A stretch of DNA of 33,484 nt from a virus (lineage: Duplodnaviria; Caudoviricetes), in IMG/VR virus record IMGVR_UViG_3300020463_000068, positions 1 to 33,484 of that record; one strand, given 5' to 3'. Both the position numbers and the translations under genes were made by a program. Below the pieces are notes generated by a model that saw nothing but the letters and a program-made list of their open reading frames with translations, was not told the DNA's origin and made no database searches. Shown one piece after another: positions 10,173 to 19,687 of this stretch (its first letter is position 1; each line of letters opens with the position of its first letter).

Positions 10173-13100
10173 ATGGCAGAATTTAAATTAGGTAGAATTA
10201 GATTTGTTTGGAAAGATGCGTGGGTAACTGGCACATCTTATTACAGAGATGATGTTGTACGTTTTGGAGGCAGGGTATACATTTGTGTAGCAGGCCACAC
10301 AGCGGCGGCAAACTTTTTTACAGACTTAGATATTTCACCATCAAAATGGAATCTAGTAAGTGATGGTCAATCATGGAAGGGCGATTGGGCAATAAGCACT
10401 TCTTACATTTATAATGATATTGTAAAATATGGTGCAAATCTTTATATAGCAAAAGCAGTACACACTTCAAACTCTTCTGCAACTGCTGGATTAGAAGCAG
10501 ACATAGCTAACTGGGATTTGTTTGGTGCAGGACTTGACTGGAAGGGTGCTTGGTCTACTAGTACAAGGTACAAAGCAAATGATTTAGTAAGATATGGAGG
10601 CCAAACATATGTATGTAATACTGCACATACCTCAAACGCTTCTGCATCAAGTGGATTAGAAGCCGACCAATCAAAATGGGATTCTTTCAATCCTGGTATT
10701 GAATACAAAACTGAGTGGGCAACAAGCGTAAGATATAAAGTAAACGATGTTGTTAAATATGGCGGCGGACTTTACATTGCTACATCTGCACATACGTCAA
10801 CTACATTTGCTTCAGATAGCGGTAACTGGAGTGAGTTTGTAGAAGGTATACAATTTGAAAATGTTTGGGCACCTGGAGGAATATATCAAAAAGGTGATAT
10901 AGTAAGATGGGGCGGATATCAGTATCTTGCGTTAAGACAGAACACAGACGTTAAACCTACATCAAGTACAGCTGACTGGCAAGTATTTTCAAAAGGAATG
11001 AATTTTAGAGGAATATGGGGCGATGACTCTTCCTCACAGGATTATTTAACTGGTGATGTTGTGTCTGTAGGCGGACATACTTATATGGCCAAAGCAGATA
11101 GTAACAATAAAGAACCAGGATATGCAGGCGACTGGGCAACATATTGGGATAGATTAAATTACGGATTTAAGTGGAGAGGCCAGTGGATGGACGATGCTTA
11201 TTACGTAATAGGTGATGTAATAAGATTTGGAGCCAATGCTTATGTTTGTGTTAAATCACATGTATCTGAAGGTGACGATTACTCAACTGAAACTAGGACA
11301 GGAGCAGGTGGAGGAGCACAAAATTCAAAACCAGATTTAGATACTTCGGGAACTTTTTGGAACCTGTTAGTTACAGGATCAGAAACTAGTGTTCTTACAA
11401 CTACAGGCGACTTAGTTTACTATGGCGGAGCAGGACCTACTAGATTGCCAATTGGTACTGACGGACAAGTGCTTCGAGTTTCAAATAGTGGAATACCTGA
11501 ATGGACATACTTTGGAGAAAACCCAGATGTTTATTATGTGTCACCAGCAGGAGTTGATGCAAAAGCTCCAGTTAGAGGTACAACAATAGAGTCTCCGTTT
11601 AAAACAATTAGATTTGCTTGTATGCAGATTGAAAATGGTACTAAGCATCCAGAAGCAAGAAGACTTTTAGAATTAAACAGAATTTTTATACAAAGAGAAA
11701 TTGTAGAATGGGTAGAATATCAAGTAGCTAATACTATTTCTCCATTTACAGGTTCTTACAAATACGAACAAACAAAATGTGAAAGAGATATGGGGTATAT
11801 AGTTGATGCAATTATATACGATCTGTGTCACGGCGGAAATGTTAAAAGTAGAGAATCAGCATTAGAATATACTGACAATGCTCCTAACTTTTATTTACAA
11901 GGACAAAAAGAAGAAACGGTTGCCGCTATTAATTATGGATTAACAGTAATAGGTAATGTGTTAGCACAAACAGATCCTTCAGTAAATTATCAAACAACAA
12001 ACGGTGACAATTCAACAGCTATAGTGGTACAATATAAGCAGACTTCATTGATAGCAGAAGGCACTAGTACTGCACTTGGTATAGATGCTAATATTAAAAT
12101 TATTACAGATGCTATTACAGCAGGCGTTAATACAAACGTTCCAGCAAGGATTGAAAAAAATACACTTGTTAGGGTAGCAACTGGATCTTATAAAGAAGTA
12201 TTACCTATCAGAGTACCAGCACTTTGCTGTGTAATGGGTGACGAACTTCGTGCAGTTAGCGTTAGTCCGCAATCAAAAGCAGACTCTATTGCAACTGAAA
12301 AAGTTGACGCAAAGTGGAGTTTAAAAGCAATTGATAGATTATCAGAAGTTGTAGGACATGTAGTTTCTGGAGCAGGTATAACCGGAACAAAAGCTACAAT
12401 GACAAACACACAAGATGTTACATGGCCTATTGGAGATCACAAGGAAAAGAAATCTGCAGAATTATTAGGTAGAGTTATAAAACGTAACATAGACAAAGGC
12501 GTTCAGACAATGGTTGAGGCCATTTACACTCCTGCGTATGATATGGGAACTCCAGCAAAGGGTTATGCTAGAAACAATATATTATTAAACAAAGAATTTT
12601 TACAAGAAGAAATTATTTCTTATATTGCTATTAACTATACAACTATAAAATATAGCAGAACAAAATGTAGAAGAGATGTTTGCTACATACTAGATGCATT
12701 GGCATATGATTTAACTTATGGCGGAAACTGGCAGATGCAGAATGCAGGTTTAGCATATTGGAGTGGTACAAATGTTTTATCACAAAACTTAACAGAAAAA
12801 ACTGCTACACTAGGTGCATATGGCTACTTAAAAACAATTTTACAAACAGTAGGACAAAACTTTACACTAAGTCCTGTACTAAATTCTTTATACACTCAAA
12901 AAACAGGATCAAATAACAGTACGTCAGGCGTAGCAAGTACTATTAATACTTTGATGCAAGGTATAATTGATATTATTAATAACGGTCCAACAGCCGCAAG
13001 TATTACATACCCTGATATATCAGGTGTAAACTCTGCATTAATAGATGCTGGTAATAGCCTAAGAGAATCTGTTGTAGAAATTTCAGAAGATGCTATAGAC

Positions 13101-16100
13101 TTTGTTAGTGAAAACTTTGGAGTCTATAAACACAAAAGTTTCTATTGCAGAAGAGATATTAGAAAAATTGTTAAAGATTTAAAATATGATGTAGCAATGG
13201 GTACAAATTTTAATGCTGTATATACAGGTATTTCTTATAAAAGAGGAAATGCACAGTATACACAATCTACACAAAAGACACAAACTATTGCTGGAATAAA
13301 CAAAGCAAGAGATTTATTAAAAGTTTCTGTAACAACTGATGGATCCAGTGCAACTGGGTCAAGTAATGCTTCAACTAGAATTACTACAGCATTTGACGAA
13401 GTAACAAATATTATTGAAAGTGGTGTATTATCAAATACTAAACCAGGAGACGGTGTAGCCGATGCATTAACATTACCAAGTCCTGCAGGTGTTGCACAAG
13501 ACAAAGTTGATGCTAAAAACTTGTTAATAGGAAACAAAGCATTTATAGTAGCAGACGTGAATGCTTGGGTAACAGTAAATCATGGAAGTCATTCTCATAC
13601 TGTTGCAAAGTGTACTAGAGATACAGAATACCTAATTGATGCGTTAGCATATGACGTACTTTATGGTGGTAATCAAGCGGCTTCAAGAATTGCAGATAGT
13701 TTTATAGATGACGACTTAATTCTTACATACGGTGTAGACGGAAGCGGAACAGCCGTTGTAAGAGGTGCATATACACACATGAAGTCTATCTTAGACGACA
13801 TTGTTACAGAAAGTGCAATTACAAAACAAACAGGAAATAGTGAAACACAGGTAACTTATGGAGCGGCGGCTACAGGAACTGAAGCGACTTCTGTACAAGC
13901 AGGTGTTGATCTTACACTTGATGTTTTACAAACTAGAACGCCTACAGGTGCAACTTATAATCCATTGACAGGTGACATGATTGTAACTATTGGCGCTCAT
14001 AATTTAGAAGTAGGTGGTGAAGTAAGAATTGCTGACAACGCAATTAGATTTACTTGTGCAATGGACAGTCATGCAACAAATCATGATTATCCAAGATCTA
14101 CAGATCCAGCACATAAGAAAAGATTAAGAATTACAGCAGAAACAGCTACAACAATTACTGTTAATGTTGGCCAATCTCAAAATACATCAGCACACTTATT
14201 TGTAAGTGGTGTTGCAGATAGCATACTAGTATTACAAGCTAAACCTATTACATACCCTGCAATTAATTGGGCAGATTCTGAATACCAAACTGCATTTGCT
14301 AATATAGAGAGTGATTTAGAAGAAACTATTAGAGGTGTTGTACAATACATTAGTGATACATACCAAAAGCTAGTATACAATCATGCAAAGTGTACTAGAG
14401 ATTTAAAATACATAGTGGATGCGTGTAGATATGATTTCATGTTAGGTACTAACATGGCCAGTATGTTTGCGGCATATGCATACCTACGAAATACTGCATC
14501 TAAAAAAACTATAGGAAGTCAAAAAGATTTTTCATTAGCGGCTTTAGAGTTTGAAAGAAAAGCGGCACTGAAAAAAGTAAACTTTAATGCAACTGCGGTG
14601 TCAGGAATTAACTTTACTTGGGAATGGATGTCTGACATAATATTTGGTGCAAGTAACGAAGCAAACAATAAACAAATTTCAGAACTAAACAATTTTGCGG
14701 CACAGAGAATGCTAGAACTTAACAAAGAATTTTTAGTTGAAGAAGCAACTAGTTATGTTGATACTCACTTTAAATCAACAGTTGAGTCTACAAACGTTAC
14801 AAGTTCACAGATTAGTGTTGGTAGAAACTTTACTCCTAATGCAGTAACTTATAATGCTACTACTGGTATAATGGTATTGACATTTGCTACAGGACACGGA
14901 CTTACTACTAACGATCATGTAAAAATTAAAAAAGATAGCTTAGTATTTACTTGCTCATTTGACGGACATAGTAGTAATCACCCATATCCAAGAGTTTCGG
15001 ATATGGCACATGATACACTATTAAGAGTAAGAGCTGTAACACCATTTACAATTACAGTAGACGTTGGATCATCGCCAGTTGGACAAAGATATACGCATAC
15101 TTTTGTAAGTTCTACTGCAAATTCTGTAATGACTCAAAATGCAACTTGGTTAGAAGAACATCTTGCAGTTAAATTCTTAGACGAAGGAGACTCTAGTACT
15201 TCTGTATCAGATTTAGGATTAGTTGCAGGAACAACTTATTATGTTAAAGAAGTTGTAAATGATAATGAGTTTACAGTTTCAGAAACACCTGGCGGTACTA
15301 AGAAAACAATTTTAGAAAGTCAATCAAATTGTACTGTGCAACCGATATATGATCATCAATTTACAACAGCGTGTGCTAGAGACGTTAGAGAAATTGTAGA
15401 GGGCATGAAATGGGATCTAGTTTATCCTAAAGATTATACTAGACCATATACATGTTCTTTCTCACATGATGTTGAACTTGTATTACCAGCAAACTACAGA
15501 TCAAAATTTGGAGCTAGATATTACATTAATGCTGTAATGGGTTCACAAGAAGAAGATATGTACTACTTAAGAAACGCAACAGGATTAAGATTACAATCAT
15601 TAAAAGACTTAAACGGCGACTTGTTGCCAGCAAACGCATATGGTACTAGCAGAGTTAGTGCAGGTGCTTATGCATCACTTGATCCAGGTTGGGGACCAGA
15701 TGATAAGAGAGTATGGATTACTGAAAGATCACCGTATGTACAAAACGTAACTACATTTGGTAATGCGGCAATAGGTCAAAAGATTGATGGTGCATTACAC
15801 AACGGTGGTAACGATTCAATCGTGTCCAACGACTTTACACAAGTTATATCAGATGGTATAGGTGCTTGGATTACTAATAATGGTAGAGCTGAGCTTGTGT
15901 CTGTGTTTACTTACTATTCACACATTGGTTACTTAGCTGAAGCAGGCGGTAGAATACGTGCAACAAACGGTAACAACTCATACGGAACATTTGGATCTGT
16001 TGCAGAAGGTGTAGACAACACTGAAATAGCTGTAACAGGAATCGTTGATAACAAATTCCAATTTAAAGCAACATCAAGTAAAGTTGAAACAGATGGAAAT

Positions 16101-18869
16101 CAGCCAATAACAATCGAATATGATCATGCAGGTAATGATTATACCGAATCAAGTATTGGAATATTTGGTTCTGGTAACGGTGCAAAAACTGAAGCAGACG
16201 AATTTAGAGATAATGCTGTAAACAGAATTAGAATTTTAGACCTAGACGATTCAAGTGGAGATTTAGGTGGTAGCGGATATATCATTACTACAAATACTGC
16301 ACAAACAGGTACAACAACAAGCATAACCATAGCGGCAACTGATGGTAGATCAGATAGTGCATACGTAGGAATGAGAGTTGTTATTACAGGTGGACAAGGT
16401 GTAGGACAGTATGGTAAAATTAGCACATATAACAGTGGTGCTAAATTAGCGGCTGTTCTTAAAAATGATGGTACAGCAGGTTGGGAACATTTAAATCCAG
16501 GAACAACTCTAGTTGCTCCTAATGCAACTTCAATTTACTTGATAGAACCATGCATAGAATTTACTGCTCCACCACACAGCTCAGTTGCACAGGTATTAGG
16601 TGCAAATAGAGATACTACTGATATGGAATATTGTGAAACTGCAATTATCTATAGTAATGTTCAAGGTACAGAAACAACTACAGCTGGAACTGGTTCCAGA
16701 TTTACAGTTTACAAAAACACAAGCAAATATGTTGTAACAATACAAAATGGCGGAACACAATATGCACGTGGCGATACAATAGTTATAGCAGGAACAAGTT
16801 TAGGTGGTGCAACACCAGCAAACGATTTAACATTAACTGTAACAAGTATAAACAGCACAACTGGTGCAATAACTGTAGTTGATGAAGATGGCATAGGCCT
16901 TTCAGGAGCATTCCTAGAAGTTGCAAATGCATCAGCAGATGTGCGTAAGAGTGTAGACTTTGGTGCAAACTGGACCTCTGCTACATTGCCAGGAACAGCA
17001 CCTTCAGGCTCTGTCAAACTTTGTACAGGAATTTTAAATGACGGATCTTCAATAGAAAGAACAAGTGCAACTGTCGTTGTAGGACAGAAAACTGCAAACG
17101 CAAAACAAGTTTGGTATAGTGTAGATAATACTACTTGGGTTGCGGCGGCTGACTTAACAGGTGGACCTTACAATTCAGAACCACATATTTGTTTTGGTAA
17201 AAACAAATTCTTCTTAATATTTGAAGGCTCAAGACATGTTTTTGAATCAGGAGACGGCGGTGCATCTTGGACGCAGAATAGTAATGCGTTAGCTACAACT
17301 GGTTATACAGGAATAGCATATGGTGCAGAGAGAGTTGTTGCTGTAAGAGGCGGTACTACTACAGCGGCGTATTGTCCATTTAACAACGCAGACACTTGGA
17401 CAACAACCACACTACCAGGAACAAGTGCATGGGTAGGTGTTGCCCACGGTAAGAATAGATTTATTACTATTGCAAGTAACGACAACAAAGCGGCCTATAG
17501 TATGGATAGAGGAGCTACTTGGATTGATGCAACAGCTCCAAGTGTAGACGGTTCTAGTATAGTTCAGTATACACATATTAAATACGGACAAGGACTGTTT
17601 ATGGCTGTTGGCCCAGGCAACGCATCAGACTTAGAAGCATACAACTCAGTTTCAGTAACTGAAGATGGATTAAATTGGGAAACTAGAACAGCAGTAGCTG
17701 ATCCAGATGGAGCAATTACTGGTTATCAGGCAGTAGCTTTTGGTAATCCAAATCAAACTGGTTACTGGATGGTTAAAGGTAATGGCGCCACAGAGCAACA
17801 CATTGCTAGACTACAAACAGGTGTTAATACAATTGGTAGAGCTGGAGTTGCAAGTGAAAAGATATTTGAAATAAGATTAGTAGAGCCAGGCTGTGGATAC
17901 GTAAGCGGTGCACCTACAATGACAATTACAGATCCTAATAACATATTTGATGTTCAAACTACAGTAAGATTAGGAAGTGGAGTTTTAGGTAATCCAACAT
18001 TTACAAATAGAGGTAGTGGATATGCGGCGGCATCTGCAGAATTGTCAAGCACTGGAAACAACGGACATGCAGACTTCTTCCAAACAGGAACATTTGTTGC
18101 AGTAAGGCGACTTACTGAAAAACCAACACCAGGATCAAATGTGGTGTTTGATAGCATACCTAATCAGGTATACAAACTGGTAAACACAGTTACGTTCCTT
18201 GGCACACAAGACGGAAGTTACACAACATTCTTAAATGTTTCGCCTAACATGACACATGATTTATCACCACCACATGGCGATCCAACTACAATGAGAATTA
18301 GATATTCTCAAGTACGATTAACAGGACACGATTTCCTAGATATTGGTACAGGAGGATTTACATCAACTAATTATCCTGGAACACCAGTAATAGCACCGAT
18401 TCCAGCTCAAGAAACCAATCAAAATAACGGCGGTAGGGTGTTCTTTACATCAACTGACCAAGATGGTAACTTTAGAGTTGGTGACTTGTTTAACGTTGAA
18501 CAAGCAACAGGTGTTGCTACATTGAATGCAGATGCATTTAATATTGCAGGACTACAAGAACTTTCATTGGGAGAAGTTACACTAGGCGGTAACTCTGCGG
18601 CAGTCAACGAATTTAGTACAGATCAATTTATGACTGCAAATTCAGATAGTGTTGTTCCAACCCAACGTGCAGTTAAGGCATACATAGAGGCACAAATTGG
18701 TGGCGGTGGTGCGTCACTAAACGTTAATACTGTAACAGCTGGAGATATTTTTATTGGCACCAATCAGATAACCACGGTGACCGGTACTACGATAAATATC
18801 AATGCTACAGTTAACTTTAAAGGTGGAGTCGTAGGATTACCACTAGCAATTAACTATATGTTAAGATAA
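10173..18869 (+). CDS. Giant virion fibre/appendage protein (2898 aa), paralog of 4579-10125 with an expanded helical-repeat region and two inserted beta modules
   Basis: MAEFKLGRIRFVWK N-terminus parallels MSEFKLERFKYNWK. Contains 7 Trp repeats, six CxRD......YD...G.N helical repeats and a shared KIDGALHNGGN.S.VSNDFTQ region. Asp-box-like S.D.G..W motifs at about 16940-17770, with the shared C-terminal TSTDQDGNFR motif. Confidence 0.85.
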   Translation: MAEFKLGRIRFVWKDAWVTGTSYYRDDVVRFGGRVYICVAGHTAAANFFTDLDISPSKWNLVSDGQSWKGDWAISTSYIYNDIVKYGANLYIAKAVHTSNSSATAGLEADIANWDLFGAGLDWKGAWSTSTRYKANDLVRYGGQTYVCNTAHTSNASASSGLEADQSKWDSFNPGIEYKTEWATSVRYKVNDVVKYGGGLYIATSAHTSTTFASDSGNWSEFVEGIQFENVWAPGGIYQKGDIVRWGGYQYLALRQNTDVKPTSSTADWQVFSKGMNFRGIWGDDSSSQDYLTGDVVSVGGHTYMAKADSNNKEPGYAGDWATYWDRLNYGFKWRGQWMDDAYYVIGDVIRFGANAYVCVKSHVSEGDDYSTETRTGAGGGAQNSKPDLDTSGTFWNLLVTGSETSVLTTTGDLVYYGGAGPTRLPIGTDGQVLRVSNSGIPEWTYFGENPDVYYVSPAGVDAKAPVRGTTIESPFKTIRFACMQIENGTKHPEARRLLELNRIFIQREIVEWVEYQVANTISPFTGSYKYEQTKCERDMGYIVDAIIYDLCHGGNVKSRESALEYTDNAPNFYLQGQKEETVAAINYGLTVIGNVLAQTDPSVNYQTTNGDNSTAIVVQYKQTSLIAEGTSTALGIDANIKIITDAITAGVNTNVPARIEKNTLVRVATGSYKEVLPIRVPALCCVMGDELRAVSVSPQSKADSIATEKVDAKWSLKAIDRLSEVVGHVVSGAGITGTKATMTNTQDVTWPIGDHKEKKSAELLGRVIKRNIDKGVQTMVEAIYTPAYDMGTPAKGYARNNILLNKEFLQEEIISYIAINYTTIKYSRTKCRRDVCYILDALAYDLTYGGNWQMQNAGLAYWSGTNVLSQNLTEKTATLGAYGYLKTILQTVGQNFTLSPVLNSLYTQKTGSNNSTSGVASTINTLMQGIIDIINNGPTAASITYPDISGVNSALIDAGNSLRESVVEISEDAIDFVSENFGVYKHKSFYCRRDIRKIVKDLKYDVAMGTNFNAVYTGISYKRGNAQYTQSTQKTQTIAGINKARDLLKVSVTTDGSSATGSSNASTRITTAFDEVTNIIESGVLSNTKPGDGVADALTLPSPAGVAQDKVDAKNLLIGNKAFIVADVNAWVTVNHGSHSHTVAKCTRDTEYLIDALAYDVLYGGNQAASRIADSFIDDDLILTYGVDGSGTAVVRGAYTHMKSILDDIVTESAITKQTGNSETQVTYGAAATGTEATSVQAGVDLTLDVLQTRTPTGATYNPLTGDMIVTIGAHNLEVGGEVRIADNAIRFTCAMDSHATNHDYPRSTDPAHKKRLRITAETATTITVNVGQSQNTSAHLFVSGVADSILVLQAKPITYPAINWADSEYQTAFANIESDLEETIRGVVQYISDTYQKLVYNHAKCTRDLKYIVDACRYDFMLGTNMASMFAAYAYLRNTASKKTIGSQKDFSLAALEFERKAALKKVNFNATAVSGINFTWEWMSDIIFGASNEANNKQISELNNFAAQRMLELNKEFLVEEATSYVDTHFKSTVESTNVTSSQISVGRNFTPNAVTYNATTGIMVLTFATGHGLTTNDHVKIKKDSLVFTCSFDGHSSNHPYPRVSDMAHDTLLRVRAVTPFTITVDVGSSPVGQRYTHTFVSSTANSVMTQNATWLEEHLAVKFLDEGDSSTSVSDLGLVAGTTYYVKEVVNDNEFTVSETPGGTKKTILESQSNCTVQPIYDHQFTTACARDVREIVEGMKWDLVYPKDYTRPYTCSFSHDVELVLPANYRSKFGARYYINAVMGSQEEDMYYLRNATGLRLQSLKDLNGDLLPANAYGTSRVSAGAYASLDPGWGPDDKRVWITERSPYVQNVTTFGNAAIGQKIDGALHNGGNDSIVSNDFTQVISDGIGAWITNNGRAELVSVFTYYSHIGYLAEAGGRIRATNGNNSYGTFGSVAEGVDNTEIAVTGIVDNKFQFKATSSKVETDGNQPITIEYDHAGNDYTESSIGIFGSGNGAKTEADEFRDNAVNRIRILDLDDSSGDLGGSGYIITTNTAQTGTTTSITIAATDGRSDSAYVGMRVVITGGQGVGQYGKISTYNSGAKLAAVLKNDGTAGWEHLNPGTTLVAPNATSIYLIEPCIEFTAPPHSSVAQVLGANRDTTDMEYCETAIIYSNVQGTETTTAGTGSRFTVYKNTSKYVVTIQNGGTQYARGDTIVIAGTSLGGATPANDLTLTVTSINSTTGAITVVDEDGIGLSGAFLEVANASADVRKSVDFGANWTSATLPGTAPSGSVKLCTGILNDGSSIERTSATVVVGQKTANAKQVWYSVDNTTWVAAADLTGGPYNSEPHICFGKNKFFLIFEGSRHVFESGDGGASWTQNSNALATTGYTGIAYGAERVVAVRGGTTTAAYCPFNNADTWTTTTLPGTSAWVGVAHGKNRFITIASNDNKAAYSMDRGATWIDATAPSVDGSSIVQYTHIKYGQGLFMAVGPGNASDLEAYNSVSVTEDGLNWETRTAVADPDGAITGYQAVAFGNPNQTGYWMVKGNGATEQHIARLQTGVNTIGRAGVASEKIFEIRLVEPGCGYVSGAPTMTITDPNNIFDVQTTVRLGSGVLGNPTFTNRGSGYAAASAELSSTGNNGHADFFQTGTFVAVRRLTEKPTPGSNVVFDSIPNQVYKLVNTVTFLGTQDGSYTTFLNVSPNMTHDLSPPHGDPTTMRIRYSQVRLTGHDFLDIGTGGFTSTNYPGTPVIAPIPAQETNQNNGGRVFFTSTDQDGNFRVGDLFNVEQATGVATLNADAFNIAGLQELSLGEVTLGGNSAAVNEFSTDQFMTANSDSVVPTQRAVKAYIEAQIGGGGASLNVNTVTAGDIFIGTNQITTVTGTTININATVNFKGGVVGLPLAINYMLR
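10221..11261 (+). repeat. Seven tandem CBM5/12-like Trp/Tyr repeats
   Basis: Examples: WVTGTSYYRDDVVRFGGRVYICVAGHT, WSTSTRYKANDLVRYGGQTYVCNTAHTS, WMDDAYYVIGDVIRFGANAYVCVKSH. Confidence 0.7.
11775..15428 (+). repeat. Six dispersed helical repeats, consensus (K)CxRDxxYIxDAxxYDxxxGxN
   Basis: Cys codons at 11778, 12666, 13146, 13611, 14391 and 15372. Copies 4 and 5 share an identical 19-mer TGCAAAGTGTACTAGAGAT (13604-13622 and 14384-14402). Confidence 0.85.
18791..18798 (+). promoter_or_regulatory. Possible internal late promoter (GATAAATA) for downstream small genes
   Basis: Same octamer as at 10146, about 90 nt upstream of the ATG at 18886. It lies inside AT-rich coding sequence, so it may be chance. 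Confidence 0.3.
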
Positions 18870-18885
18870 CATTGGAGACAGAAAA

Positions 18886-19206
18886 ATGGCAACAGGAATA
18901 TTAGGATCAGCAGATTTATCACCAGCTACTGAAACTACTATATATACAGTACCTGCTACCACGTTTAGTGTTTGCTCAGTTGCAATTTGCAACAGAGGCA
19001 CAAGCACAGCGGCGGTAAGGATAGCAGTAGCGGCGGCAGATACGCCGACAAATGCTGAATATATAGAGTATGACGCACAGCTTTTACCAAAAGGTGTCGT
19101 TGAAAGAACTGGAATAGTGCTGGACACAACTAAGAAAATAGTAGTAAGATCTACATTAGCGAACTGTAATGCAGTAGTTATGGGTGTAGAAACATCTACA
19201 GCTTAA
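18886..19206 (+). CDS. Small beta-rich virion-associated protein (106 aa)
   Basis: GGAG SD upstream. The TTIYTVPA...ICNR....VRIA....EYIEYD......ERTGIVL pattern is characteristic of small structural proteins beside phage fibre genes. Confidence 0.75.
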   Translation: MATGILGSADLSPATETTIYTVPATTFSVCSVAICNRGTSTAAVRIAVAAADTPTNAEYIEYDAQLLPKGVVERTGIVLDTTKKIVVRSTLANCNAVVMGVETSTA

Positions 19207-19222
19207 GGAAAAAGGAAGTGAC

Positions 19223-19678
19223 ATGGGCAGAAAAATAAGTTTAGGTATATATCCACAAACCGACAGTACACTGACAGGACAACTGGCTGATCGACCTACA
19301 ACTGCAAATGCTGGTGTTAAATTTTTTAACACAGACAGCAATCAGTTAGAAATATATAATGGATCAGGATGGCATGCTATTCACGAAACATTAAATGCGG
19401 CATTGACAAGTAGTGCAGGAGTGGATTCTAATAGAAGTTATTGGGTTGATACATCAGGTGGACCTGTTACAGCATCTTTACCTTCTTCACCAGTACAATA
19501 TGATAGGATTAAGTTTGCAGATTCACATAACACTTTTGGCTCAAACGCACTTACAATAGCACGTAATGGAAAATTGATAGCAGGAACAGCAGATAACATG
19601 ACTGTTGACACTCCAGGAGCGTCATTTACATTGATATTTCATGGAGACACAGCAGGTTGGAAGGTTGAAGTAATTTAA
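19223..19678 (+). CDS. Tail-fibre-associated protein (151 aa) with a domain resembling the T4 long-tail-fibre proximal repeat
   Basis: YWVDTSGGPVTASLPSSP..YDRIKFAD....F..N.LTIARNG..I.G....M.V.TPGASFTLIF.G...GW. The N-terminal RP...G..FFNTD...LEIYNG..W motif resembles motifs in the 1267-aa protein. Confidence 0.7.
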   Translation: MGRKISLGIYPQTDSTLTGQLADRPTTANAGVKFFNTDSNQLEIYNGSGWHAIHETLNAALTSSAGVDSNRSYWVDTSGGPVTASLPSSPVQYDRIKFADSHNTFGSNALTIARNGKLIAGTADNMTVDTPGASFTLIFHGDTAGWKVEVI

Positions 19679-19687
19679 GGAATCACA

